Source of the DNA: a bacterium
Lineage (GTDB): Bacteria; UBA4055
Assembly (NCBI GenBank): GCA_029559475.1
Contig: JAKQBN010000030.1
Span: forward strand, 10,756-74,755
DNA length: 64,000 bases
Direction: 5' to 3'
The notes under the pieces were generated by a model. The model saw only the letters and a list, made by a program, of their open reading frames with translations, did no database searches and was not told where the DNA came from. Positions 44,651-54,039 of the stretch are shown piece after piece (position 1 is the first letter of the stretch; each line of letters starts with the position of its first letter). The translations under genes and the position numbers were made by a program.

Positions 44651-45139
44651 TTATTTCTTCCTTACCCCTTTCTCCAACATGACCACAGCCTGAGCGGCGA
44701 TTCCTTCGCCTCTGCCTTCGAAGCCGAGTTTTTCGGTGGTGGTGGCTTTGACCGATATGTTTTTGATTTCAGTTTGGAGTAATTTGGCTATGACCGAGCG
44801 CATTTGGTCAATGTGGTCTTTGAGCTTTGGTTGTTCGCAGATGACTACCGCGTCGATGTTGTTTATTATATAACCTTCAGCTTTGATGAGCGCGTAAACC
44901 TTTTCTAAGAGTATTCTGCTGTCTATGTTCTTGTATGAGCTGTCGTTGTCGGGGAAATGTTTTCCGATGTCGCTCAAGGCTAAGGCTCCGAGCATGGCGT
45001 CCATTATTGCGTGGAGAAGCACATCCGCGTCCGAGTGGCCGAGCAGTCCTTTTTCATAAGGAATTTCGATCCCGCCGATAATGCATTTTCTGCCTTCGAC
45101 CAGCTTGTGAACATCGTATCCTATACCTATTCTGTACAT
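44651..45139 (-). CDS. ispF: 2-C-methyl-D-erythritol 2,4-cyclodiphosphate synthase
   Basis: The motifs [10 protein letters not shown] and [12 protein letters not shown] are present. The product is 162 aa. Confidence 0.9.
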   Translation of the reverse strand: MYRIGIGYDVHKLVEGRKCIIGGIEIPYEKGLLGHSDADVLLHAIMDAMLGALALSDIGKHFPDNDSSYKNIDSRILLEKVYALIKAEGYIINNIDAVVICEQPKLKDHIDQMRSVIAKLLQTEIKNISVKATTTEKLGFEGRGEGIAAQAVVMLEKGVRKK

Positions 45140-45159
45140 AGATCCCTCTTAAATTAAAA

Positions 45160-48100
45160 TTACAGATCTTCCTTTACATACTTATCAAGATAAAACTTGA
45201 GCGACTGTTTTGACAGCGATATCTGTTCCGGTAGCGGGAAATAGACGAGATACCACGGTTTTTTCAGCTTTATCAGAGTATATATGAAATTATTTTTTAT
45301 CGTGAATGAGAACAGATCGACCTTTATGCCCGGGAATGCGTTGAGGGTATTTTTTATCATCCCCGCAGTTTGATCGCCGGAGTTCTTATTGAGGAATTCA
45401 AGCAGATATTTTGCATCATCGCCCGAAAGCTTGGAGAGATTTATTTCACCGTTCAAATCAGGTTCATTTATGAAGTCGAGTCCTTTTGAATTCAGCTTCA
45501 CTATAACATTGAGCTCTGTAGAAGGGCTGTGCTTTGTCTTTTTCCTGTTGAGATAGTAAGTGTTAAGACCGGTCATGGTCAGTCCCAGGTCGAGGTTCGC
45601 TCTTGTGATTATATCGTCAAATCCGCCTTCCCCGAGATCGAGCCTGATAAATCCGTCCGTGTTCCCGTCGAATATCTCATAATAGAATCTGTTCAGGCAG
45701 AATTTGTTGTTGTCGAAAAATACGTCGAGATCGATATTTCTTATAGTGTTCCTGAATAATTTATGATCGACAGCCACTGTATCGATTTTGAGGTTTGAAA
45801 CAGGCACACCGTTCTTCCTGTAGTGTTCCCTCATATCCTTATATTCTATAAAATCGAATTCGTCAGGTATATCGTACTTTTTATAGCCGTTGAGCTTCAT
45901 TTCCTTCAGATCAAGTTTCGCATTTAGCGGAATATCGGCGTTCAGATTTACTATCCTGACCTCATTGCCCAAAGAATCCAGCTCTATGACCATGCTGATG
46001 TTTTGAATAGTTTCTGTATGTTCGAAAGAAGCTGTTTTCATATTGCCTTTCAGCTTTGTAGCGCCGGAAATATTACCTTTGAGATCATAAATTCCCTTCA
46101 GGAACGGATACTTCTTCTGCAGTCCGAGCTTATGCGTGATCTCAAGATCGTACATGTTCACACTGTCCTTCAAATTCGCCGTACCTTTGACGTTAAGATC
46201 GGTTTCGAGCGCGGGCACAGACAGGCTGAGTTTGTTTATCCTGACTTCACCCGTTTCTGTATATCTGATGTTATTCTCAAGCTTTGCATTCCCGGTTATC
46301 CCCATTTCTTTCAGGATGCCGGCATAATCTCCGCCGCTGACATTTATGTCGCCGATCAGAGAAATATCCTTCGTTATCAAATTGACTTTCTGGCTGACGG
46401 TCAGACCGTTCTTTAAAGCTATATCATCGTGATATAAAGAATCAGCTTTTAGATCAAGCCTGAGTTCCGATGTTGATTCCTGCTTCGTAATATTCCCGCC
46501 GCCTTCCGCTGAAATATTCAGGCTTCCGTTGTACAGCCTTGTGTTCTGTATCTGAGGTATCCCGGTCGCTTTTCCCACCTTAAGCAGCTCGTCAAGATCC
46601 GCCGAAACGTCAAATTTCGCCATGCTGACATCGTTCGATCCGAGATCGGCGAAAAGGTCTTTTATATCCGCGGAGAACATATCGTTCAGCTTTGCTGTAA
46701 ATTCGTATATTTTATATTTTGAAGACGGATGTCCGCTGATATCTGCGTACAGGTAAGTTTCGAGACTGGCATCTTTCGCTGCAGAATACATTGAGGCGGT
46801 TTCATTATTGTATTCCGTTGTCACATTGAGAGTGTTCTTAAGTTCTCCGCGCGAATATTTCAGATCTTCATCAAGGGTAATATAAAGTCCTGCCGGGGCT
46901 GAATCGATAATAGTGTGCGGATGGATCCTGTCCGCTTTTATGATCAGATCGGCTTTTGTGCGTTTTATCAGCGCGGGAAGTGAAGTGTTCGTCAGATCAA
47001 ATGTAGCGTCGGCCTTAATATTTATATTTCCTTCAGCTACATCTTTGATGTCATATTCGAGTTTTGCGCTTTCAGGCAAAAAATCGCTTTTCAGCTTGGG
47101 CACAATTGAAAGCTTCTGCGCTCCGGTAGAATATTTTTTCCCGGAAATGACCGCGCTTATGCTTTCAAGCGCAAGATCCAGGTTTACTCCGCTGCTCAGA
47201 AGTTTATAATCCTTCATCTCTGCGGCGAATCCGCTTTTTATAGCCATCCCGTTGGCCAAAGCAGAAATATCTTTCTTTTTATAACTGACCGCACCGGCCG
47301 AAAGATCAAGATAGCCGACCGCTTTAATGATATTCTGCGCGGCATCGTAGTATAGCTCAAGATCGCTCAGGGTTAGTTCTGAACTCTTAAGACTTAGAAA
47401 ACTCAGATCAGCAAGCTTATCGGCTTTGACGAACGATACAAGTTTATCAAGATCGGCATAAATTTCAGGAATGCTTATTTTAGCTTTCTGCGACGAAGAA
47501 AGTCCGGCTATCGTTCCTGTGATCTCTGTTCTGAACATATCAGAAATGTTCAGCGATAATTTCTGAAGATCTAAGGAATCCATATTAAGATTATAATTTG
47601 CTTTTAAATTTATGTCAACAGCGCCTGTGTGTTCGATATTCATCGCGCCTGTACGCAGCCTAAGCTCTCTTATATTATGCGTAAGTTCAGCTTCAATTTT
47701 CTCATTTTTAGCGCTGATCTTCAGAACCATATCCTGAAAGAACCTGATATCGTTCGATTTATCTGTGAATATAAACCCGTTCCTGTCGCCTGTACTGAAT
47801 TCAACGTCAGCACTATAATTATCCATATCCTTAAAATTCACATCATTGAGTTTTAAAGTGTAAAGCGGCAGAACAGCTTTCATCGGATTTTCAGGCGATC
47901 TGTCTTCATAAATAGCTTCGAGATCGTTCAGTTCGAAATTTTTCAGATCTATTATGAATTTCGCACCTGAAGAAGGCTCTTCCGGCTTTTCCGGCGGAGG
48001 CGGCTCCTCTTTGCTTTTGAATTTCTCAATGATACCGTCGAAATTGAATCTGCCGTCCGCATCCCGCACAATATTTATTTTCGGGTGATCGATCTTTATG

Positions 48101-48423
48101 GTTTTAACTACAAGCTGCTTATCAAGAAGCGGCCACAGATCATACTTTAAAGTGAAAGATTCCATGCTGAAAAGCGAATCCGGAACGTCATTGTCCGTGA
48201 AGCTGAACTTGTCGATCTTTATCCCGCTGAAAAGGCTGAAATCAATGCTCTCGATCTCAACTCCGAGGTTATATTTCTCTTTCATATAGGATTCGATCTT
48301 TGAGATCAGGAAAGAAGATGGGAAAAAATACTGCAGCATTAAAATTATGCCTGCAATCAATAATACGATCCCGCCCGTTATGTATAACATCCATTTGAGT
48401 ATTTTTTTCGGCTTGAATTTCAT
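45160..48423 (-). CDS. AsmA/TamB-like large envelope protein (translocation and assembly module family)
   Basis: The 1087-aa product has a single N-terminal transmembrane anchor followed by a long beta-rich repetitive body typical of AsmA-like proteins. Confidence 0.65.
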   Translation of the reverse strand: MKFKPKKILKWMLYITGGIVLLIAGIILMLQYFFPSSFLISKIESYMKEKYNLGVEIESIDFSLFSGIKIDKFSFTDNDVPDSLFSMESFTLKYDLWPLLDKQLVVKTIKIDHPKINIVRDADGRFNFDGIIEKFKSKEEPPPPEKPEEPSSGAKFIIDLKNFELNDLEAIYEDRSPENPMKAVLPLYTLKLNDVNFKDMDNYSADVEFSTGDRNGFIFTDKSNDIRFFQDMVLKISAKNEKIEAELTHNIRELRLRTGAMNIEHTGAVDINLKANYNLNMDSLDLQKLSLNISDMFRTEITGTIAGLSSSQKAKISIPEIYADLDKLVSFVKADKLADLSFLSLKSSELTLSDLELYYDAAQNIIKAVGYLDLSAGAVSYKKKDISALANGMAIKSGFAAEMKDYKLLSSGVNLDLALESISAVISGKKYSTGAQKLSIVPKLKSDFLPESAKLEYDIKDVAEGNINIKADATFDLTNTSLPALIKRTKADLIIKADRIHPHTIIDSAPAGLYITLDEDLKYSRGELKNTLNVTTEYNNETASMYSAAKDASLETYLYADISGHPSSKYKIYEFTAKLNDMFSADIKDLFADLGSNDVSMAKFDVSADLDELLKVGKATGIPQIQNTRLYNGSLNISAEGGGNITKQESTSELRLDLKADSLYHDDIALKNGLTVSQKVNLITKDISLIGDINVSGGDYAGILKEMGITGNAKLENNIRYTETGEVRINKLSLSVPALETDLNVKGTANLKDSVNMYDLEITHKLGLQKKYPFLKGIYDLKGNISGATKLKGNMKTASFEHTETIQNISMVIELDSLGNEVRIVNLNADIPLNAKLDLKEMKLNGYKKYDIPDEFDFIEYKDMREHYRKNGVPVSNLKIDTVAVDHKLFRNTIRNIDLDVFFDNNKFCLNRFYYEIFDGNTDGFIRLDLGEGGFDDIITRANLDLGLTMTGLNTYYLNRKKTKHSPSTELNVIVKLNSKGLDFINEPDLNGEINLSKLSGDDAKYLLEFLNKNSGDQTAGMIKNTLNAFPGIKVDLFSFTIKNNFIYTLIKLKKPWYLVYFPLPEQISLSKQSLKFYLDKYVKEDL

Positions 48424-48428
48424 CAGGT

Positions 48429-49166
48429 TTATTTTTTCAGTAATTGAATTTTAAATTCAGCACCTTGATCAGAACTTGAGATCATGTGTTCATAATTTGG
48501 ATATTTCTCAAGTATGAGCCGCAGAAAATATATATCCGGACATTTATCTGTTTCTTCTTCTTCGAGGCTGATCTTTCTTTCCGAATTGACTGAAAGCCAT
48601 ACGCAGTTGTCAAGGTTCCGGGTTCTGTAAACGATCCTGTTATCCTTATCACCTTCAGGGACTGAATCTATCATTTGCTTTGTAACAGCATATAATATGC
48701 AATAAATGTCCTTGTTTACCATTTTTATGAACGGATTCCCGTCAAGTTCGGTCTCTACTTTTGTTTCGTGTTTGAATTTCCTGTCGAATTTGAAAAAATC
48801 ACAGAATGATCTCACTGCCCCGTTTATGTCTATCATCTGAATTCCGGGCGTATTCTCGTTGAATATTTTATCGTTTATCACTTTTATAAAGGCATTAAGC
48901 TCATTCATGGGTTCTTTGAGCTGCTCTGATATTTTGAGCATATCATCATATTCGACTTTTTTGAAATTATATTCTGCTTCGCTCATACCTTCTTTTGCGG
49001 CTTCGAGTTTTTTGATCTTCATCTGAATTTTCATATTGAAAAGCTGAAGTTTTGAATCTACGGCAGTGATTTTACCGTTTATGTTATGGACAAAACCGGG
49101 CATCAGAACCCCGTACTGCATATTAAAATATTGTTCCTTGAGCGCTTCTATCAGTTCCTTTTCCAT
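48429..49166 (-). CDS. hypothetical protein with coiled-coil N-terminus and possible GHKL-ATPase-like C-terminal region
   Basis: The C-terminal segment NRIVYRTRNLDNCVWLSVNSERKI...GAEFKIQL loosely resembles a histidine-kinase-like ATPase fold. The evidence is weak. Confidence 0.35.
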   Translation of the reverse strand: MEKELIEALKEQYFNMQYGVLMPGFVHNINGKITAVDSKLQLFNMKIQMKIKKLEAAKEGMSEAEYNFKKVEYDDMLKISEQLKEPMNELNAFIKVINDKIFNENTPGIQMIDINGAVRSFCDFFKFDRKFKHETKVETELDGNPFIKMVNKDIYCILYAVTKQMIDSVPEGDKDNRIVYRTRNLDNCVWLSVNSERKISLEEEETDKCPDIYFLRLILEKYPNYEHMISSSDQGAEFKIQLLKK

Positions 49167-49275
49167 AACTTGAGCCTCTTTATGTTCTTTTATAACTTAA
49201 CTGTATAATATAGGATTGAATGTTATATTATTCAAGAAATAAATGCTGATATTCGCGCGGGTGGCATTATATTGC

Positions 49276-49643
49276 CCGGCATAAGTTCATCTATAAACTT
49301 TAATTTAGAGGTGTAACGGGATCCGTTCTTATATGAATTATGTCTCTCCGCATGACCGGCAGTGGTTATTTAGAAGAGTGATATATTTTGATAAGCAGAA
49401 ACGCATCCTCGCTTTATCGTTTGAACGAGCCGTATATCCGGAGAAAAAATATCAAAGATCGTGCCGGTACGATTCAGATCCAAATTATCATATAATTAAT
49501 GCTGATATTTTTTTGGAGAATGATATGCGAGTGATATTAATGCCGGCTTAGCCGGTTGCGGTCTGCTTAGAAAAATTATAAAAAGAGACCAAATTGAACG
49601 GATGGCTGCAGGATGAGATCCGGAATGAATTTATACCGGGCAT
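49276..49643 (+). repeat. copy C (most complete) of the modular intergenic repeat family; contains the mini-ORF MRVILMPA with a GGAGA Shine-Dalgarno
   Basis: It carries all the blocks seen in copies A and B, plus extra 5-prime sequence. The terminal block is gcaggatgagatccggaatgaa. Confidence 0.65.
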
Positions 49644-49690
49644 GAAAACGATATTACAAGAACATATTGAAAGGGCAAAACAAGTGTATG

Positions 49691-49717
49691 AAATAAAAAT
49701 GAGGGAATAATCCCTCA
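49691..49717 (-). terminator. rho-independent terminator after the minus-strand gene 49744-51231
   Basis: The TGAGGGA/TCCCTCA stem has an ATAA loop and is followed by TTTTTATTT on the minus strand. Confidence 0.55.
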
Positions 49718-49743
49718 CTTTTAAATAGTTATGAAAATTCCGT

Positions 49744-51231
49744 TTAGTAGTTATAGATATACGACAACTGGAACTGGTAAGGATTCACGCCTGAATCAAG
49801 TCTTCTGTGGATCGAGAACATATAGTTTTCGCCCAGAGTAAGACCGACACCGAATGAAGTTTTCATTGACTTAATCCCGAAATCCCCGATATCTTCCGTC
49901 AGATCATCCGAATCACTGTTATAAGCTTCGCCCATATCGAAAATAGCTCTGATCTCAGTCAGATCGATCCCGGTAAAACCGATCACGAACCTGTCGTAAA
50001 ATCCCCTGTTGCCGACAAATTCATTCAGCCTGTAGCCGGGAAGCGTCCCTGTTCCGCCCATACTGATATATTTAAAATTCGGTGTAGTCCTTTTATCGGT
50101 ATAATCGATCGGCGTGCACGATTCAAGCCTGAATAAGTTTGAAAATACCATAATGTCTTTGAACTTATTCTCGACAAAAATGCTGAAAAGCCCTTTCTTG
50201 AAAGAAAAATCCTGATCGTACTGGTCGAGCGTCTTTTCATAAGTAAAATAAGTGTCGACAAATGTTCCGTATCTTTTCAGATTACCTATATATCTGCCAG
50301 AAACCAGCAGATCCACCATATCCCCGGAATTTGCATTATTACCATCGTAAAATTTATTCTTAATAAAATCCCTGTCGTTAAAGAACAGCGCCCAGTTAGT
50401 TTTATTCTTCAAAGAGTCTATCTCTTCGCTGTAAACTCCGGCTTTAACTGCGAATTCGTGCTCCATATCATCATTTTTTATCTTATAGACCGAACCTGCG
50501 AAAAGCCCGAAACCTTCGGTCTTGTAGTAATTATAGAAGTCCTGGTGAAGCAGAAATGCCGATAACGAGTTCATAAGCACAGGAAGCTTTCTCTGATCTT
50601 CAGATGCCACTCCGCTGAATTCGCAGCCGCCGAGAATAAGCTTTTCATCAAAGAATGACAGCCTCTGATCAGCATAATATTCCCAGTCTTTCATCCTGAA
50701 AGCATATCCGCCCGAAGCGTACATATCGAAATCTACATATTCCGTATTGATCAAATCAAATTCGCCATTTAGACCTAAATACAACCCTTCCACCTTGGAA
50801 TATGTCATAAAATCCTTTCTGATCAGAGAGTTATGAAAGAAGAAACCTTTTTTATCTTCGCTTGAAATACTTATCGTTATCCTGCTGTCTTCATCGGAAT
50901 CCGTGCTGTCGGTCTTATTCAGAATAAAATTCTTTATCTCGTCCACAACATAATAGCTTGCTTCGTCATCCATATGATCGTTCTTAAAAACCTTTCCTGC
51001 GAAAGCTTTGACTTCGCCAGTCACTTTTCCCGCTTCACCTATCCTGATATCGCCCGCAAACACTTCAAGATTACCTTCAAGATAACCGTCTATCTGAGCA
51101 TTCCCTTTAAAAACCTTTACATCTGATTTTAACGTATCTCCTGCCGCAAGCGTATAATCCGTGAACTTCGATACGGTCTCAGCGCTGAGCAGTCCGGCAG
51201 TTATTATTATTGATATTATTAATGATCTCAT
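49744..51231 (-). CDS. hypothetical secreted protein: bactofilin-like/beta-helical N-terminal repeats plus C-terminal beta-barrel-like domain
   Basis: A signal peptide is followed by repetitive G-x-V/I-x-G motifs (GDIRIGEAGKVTGEVKAFAGKVF). The protein ends in aromatic-rich strands (SYIYNY). Confidence 0.4.
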   Translation of the reverse strand: MRSLIISIIITAGLLSAETVSKFTDYTLAAGDTLKSDVKVFKGNAQIDGYLEGNLEVFAGDIRIGEAGKVTGEVKAFAGKVFKNDHMDDEASYYVVDEIKNFILNKTDSTDSDEDSRITISISSEDKKGFFFHNSLIRKDFMTYSKVEGLYLGLNGEFDLINTEYVDFDMYASGGYAFRMKDWEYYADQRLSFFDEKLILGGCEFSGVASEDQRKLPVLMNSLSAFLLHQDFYNYYKTEGFGLFAGSVYKIKNDDMEHEFAVKAGVYSEEIDSLKNKTNWALFFNDRDFIKNKFYDGNNANSGDMVDLLVSGRYIGNLKRYGTFVDTYFTYEKTLDQYDQDFSFKKGLFSIFVENKFKDIMVFSNLFRLESCTPIDYTDKRTTPNFKYISMGGTGTLPGYRLNEFVGNRGFYDRFVIGFTGIDLTEIRAIFDMGEAYNSDSDDLTEDIGDFGIKSMKTSFGVGLTLGENYMFSIHRRLDSGVNPYQFQLSYIYNY

Positions 51232-51249
51232 TTTATTTCCCCGCTTTTG

Positions 51250-52383
51250 CTATTTTACAGTTATGCTGCCCATGCTTTTACTGATCCTGAGGCATTTTTT
51301 ATTTTTATTGCAGATCCTTATGTCCGAATCAAAATCCATTCCTGATTTATAATCGGCTTTTTCATCGTTGACCGAAACATAATAATCGTACGATGCCGGA
51401 TCTTTCAGTCCTACCTCGATATCACCGAAGCTGACTTTAATATCCGAATCGGTTTTACCCGCTATCCTGTGATTTGAAAGTTCGATCTCACCCATATTGA
51501 CTTCAAGATTCAGATCTGCCTCGGATCCGGAAATCTCCAGATCACCTGCATTGAGTTCGACATTTATCATATCCAGCTTAGAGTTGCTGATATCTATTCC
51601 TCCTAAAGATGATTTCACCTTTATTCTGTCGCCTTTCAGATCGCTGATCTTTACTTCGCCGCTCTGATTGACGATGTCGACCCATGTCACGGTCGATGAA
51701 CTTATCTTTACATCTCCGACCTGGAATGAGCCTGAAAGCTTCCCGTTAAATCCGCTCAGGTCGAACTCGCCTGATTTATTATCGGCTTTAACAGAGCCGG
51801 TTATTTTTTTCAGATTGATATCTCCGGAGAATGTTCTAATATCAAGTACTCCTTCAAAATCCTCGACATTCAGATCGCCGGATTTACTCCTGTAATTTAT
51901 TACTCCCGATACTCTGCTGATATCCGTGTCCATGTTCTTCCCGTTGAGCAGAAGTTCGCCTTTGATGTCTTTAACGTTAAGATCTCCGTTGTCAAGCGTA
52001 ACTATGACAGAAACGTTCGCCGGTGTGAATATTGTCAGATATTCGCCGTCCCCGCTTTTTTTCTCAAGCCCTATCTTAAGCTCTTTATTAATTATAGTGA
52101 CTTTAGCGTCCGGTTTTGAATTTTCATCTGCTTTAAGCTCTGCCGACCTAAGCTGGTCTTCGGTCATTGATTTCTTGGAAAAATACAGTTCAATGGCTTT
52201 ATTTTTGGTTCCTATTACGCTCGCATTAAGATTTTTTCCCTCGCAGGTGATCTGCCTGATACTCTGATTATCGAGAGTGATCTTCTTTATTCCTCCGCCT
52301 GTCTGAGTCGTATAATCAGTCGCATACAGCCCGGCCGCGATCACAACCGGAATCATGACGGATACTATTCTTTTTATATTCAT
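51250..52383 (-). CDS. DUF4097-like beta-strand repeat protein (putative adhesin), secreted
   Basis: Repeated SGD(I/L)N(V/L) and G(D/E)(V/I)K(I/V)S motifs are typical of DUF4097 putative adhesin repeats. Confidence 0.55.
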   Translation of the reverse strand: MNIKRIVSVMIPVVIAAGLYATDYTTQTGGGIKKITLDNQSIRQITCEGKNLNASVIGTKNKAIELYFSKKSMTEDQLRSAELKADENSKPDAKVTIINKELKIGLEKKSGDGEYLTIFTPANVSVIVTLDNGDLNVKDIKGELLLNGKNMDTDISRVSGVINYRSKSGDLNVEDFEGVLDIRTFSGDINLKKITGSVKADNKSGEFDLSGFNGKLSGSFQVGDVKISSSTVTWVDIVNQSGEVKISDLKGDRIKVKSSLGGIDISNSKLDMINVELNAGDLEISGSEADLNLEVNMGEIELSNHRIAGKTDSDIKVSFGDIEVGLKDPASYDYYVSVNDEKADYKSGMDFDSDIRICNKNKKCLRISKSMGSITVK

Positions 52384-52384
52384 T

Positions 52385-53332
52385 TTATCTTCCTTTTTCG
52401 CTGTTTGAATTTATCTCTTCAGCTTTGAATCTGAAGTATTCGCTGTTTTCGGAAGAAGCGCTTCTTGCCGCTTTGCCGGCATATTCGGAATCGCTTTCTT
52501 CGAGAAGCGTAAGAGCCTGGATCCTGTTCGTCTCATCTCTGTCGTTAAGTACGACCTGATAAAGGGCTTCTCTTACGTCTTTTTCCTTGATCTGATCTCC
52601 GAGCATCTTCATAGCTTTTCTTCGGATGATGGGATCAGTATCGTTCTGCATCGTTTTTATAAGCGTCTCTTTGAACCTCGGATCGCTCGTTTTGTCTATG
52701 GCCTTCAATGTTTTCAACTTTACGCCGGTGTTGTTCTCATTCTCGACCAGATACTTTAGGGTATTGATGATTGCCGGATCATTCTTCAACCCTTTTATTA
52801 CTTTATTTGTGCTTACGTTAAAATCTATAGTTATCTCATCGCCGGATTCATCTATTTTTAGATTTTCAACTTTATATTTATTCATATCTACATCTTTATA
52901 TATCGATTCACCGCTTACAACAGCCACATTTTCATAAGGTATCGCCCCTGTTTTTATGCCGGATTCGATAGGCCCGTTATTATTTTTTTCCTGGCCTTTA
53001 AAATGAAACATTGTCGCGTAGAAAGTCAGAAGTATGACCGCCGCGTACTGTAAAAATCTTCTCCCGTAGTTATTAAGTATATCTGTAAAATTTATCTTTT
53101 TATTTTCATTTGATATTGCAGCTGACAATTTTTCTCTGTTCGACTCCAGAAGTTCATCTGAAGCTTTGGAGAATACATCTTTGTCCAGCATCGCTTTCTC
53201 TTTTTTCAACAAATTATAATATTTTTTTAATTCAGGATCGTTTTCGATCTTTTTTAAAATATTCTTTTTTTCGTCCGCGTTAACGATCTCATCGTAAACC
53301 AGATCGAAAATTTTATCTTTTATATTGTCCAT
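52385..53332 (-). CDS. HEAT-repeat protein with anti-sigma-factor-like N-terminus and one transmembrane segment
   Basis: It lies immediately downstream of the ECF sigma gene. The C-terminus has HEAT/PBS-lyase-like repeats (DPIIRRKAMKMLGD, NRIQALTLLEE), and a central hydrophobic helix is present. Confidence 0.5.
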   Translation of the reverse strand: MDNIKDKIFDLVYDEIVNADEKKNILKKIENDPELKKYYNLLKKEKAMLDKDVFSKASDELLESNREKLSAAISNENKKINFTDILNNYGRRFLQYAAVILLTFYATMFHFKGQEKNNNGPIESGIKTGAIPYENVAVVSGESIYKDVDMNKYKVENLKIDESGDEITIDFNVSTNKVIKGLKNDPAIINTLKYLVENENNTGVKLKTLKAIDKTSDPRFKETLIKTMQNDTDPIIRRKAMKMLGDQIKEKDVREALYQVVLNDRDETNRIQALTLLEESDSEYAGKAARSASSENSEYFRFKAEEINSNSEKGR

Positions 53333-53346
53333 TTTTTCACCCTCTC

Positions 53347-53898
53347 TTATATACTGATATTGTTTTTTATATTCTCGACCGCTCTGAAAAAATACTTTTT
53401 CACGGTGCCTTCATTCAAAGACATCGTTTCGGCTATTTCTCTAAACTTCATTCCTTCGCAGCTCTTCATATATACTACCGTCCTCTGCTGTAATGAAAGC
53501 TTATCGATCTCTTTTTTCACAAGCTCCAGCTTTTCTTCATCCGTAAGTTCGGGTTCCACGTCAGGTTCCATATCCTGATCTCCTTCTGATGAATGAATGT
53601 ATTCATTAAATTCCGCATGATCTATCTTTTTATTATACTGTGTATAAGCCGTATTGACTGCGATTCTGTACAGCCACGTATAGAACGATGATCTTTTGTT
53701 GAACTGTCCAAGGTTGTTGTAGACCTTTATGAACGTGTTCTGATAAGCGTCGGAAGCGTCGTCTTCGTTCTTCAGTATGTTCAGTAATAGATTCATGATC
53801 TGCCTGTCGTATTTCCTTATGAGCCTTTCAAAAGCTTTTCCATCGCCTTTGACCGCTCTGTTTATCAGCTCGTTCTCTATTTCTTTCAGTTCGTTCAT
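53347..53898 (-). CDS. RNA polymerase ECF-type sigma-70 factor
   Basis: Region 2 (YQNTFIKVYNNLGQFNKRSSFYTWLYRIAVNTA) and a region 4 HTH are present. The ATG at 53898 is preferred because AAGGAAAAG lies upstream; the longer ORF-track start would add GC-rich non-conserved codons. Confidence 0.85.
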   Translation of the reverse strand: MNELKEIENELINRAVKGDGKAFERLIRKYDRQIMNLLLNILKNEDDASDAYQNTFIKVYNNLGQFNKRSSFYTWLYRIAVNTAYTQYNKKIDHAEFNEYIHSSEGDQDMEPDVEPELTDEEKLELVKKEIDKLSLQQRTVVYMKSCEGMKFREIAETMSLNEGTVKKYFFRAVENIKNNISI

Positions 53899-54039
53899 TC
53901 GCTTTTCCTTTTTTCCCCGGGGAGCGGTCGACCGCTTTTGCCAGCCTTCGAGAAGTTCCGGTCGGCCGGCACCTTCCATCGCTTCTCAACCCTTAGACCC
54001 CTGTTATTTAAAAAAGTTGTCATAATATGTTTTCTTGAT

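Noticed and set aside
53899-53979. N-terminal extension of the ECF sigma factor (MEGAGRPELLEGWQKRSTAPRGKKEKR) and similar extensions on uvrA, Sir2, Dabb, ORF6N, GNAT and the C25 peptidase
   Set aside because: In each case an internal ATG with a good Shine-Dalgarno aligns with the conserved family N-terminus, and the extension is non-conserved or compositionally odd. The shorter starts were used.
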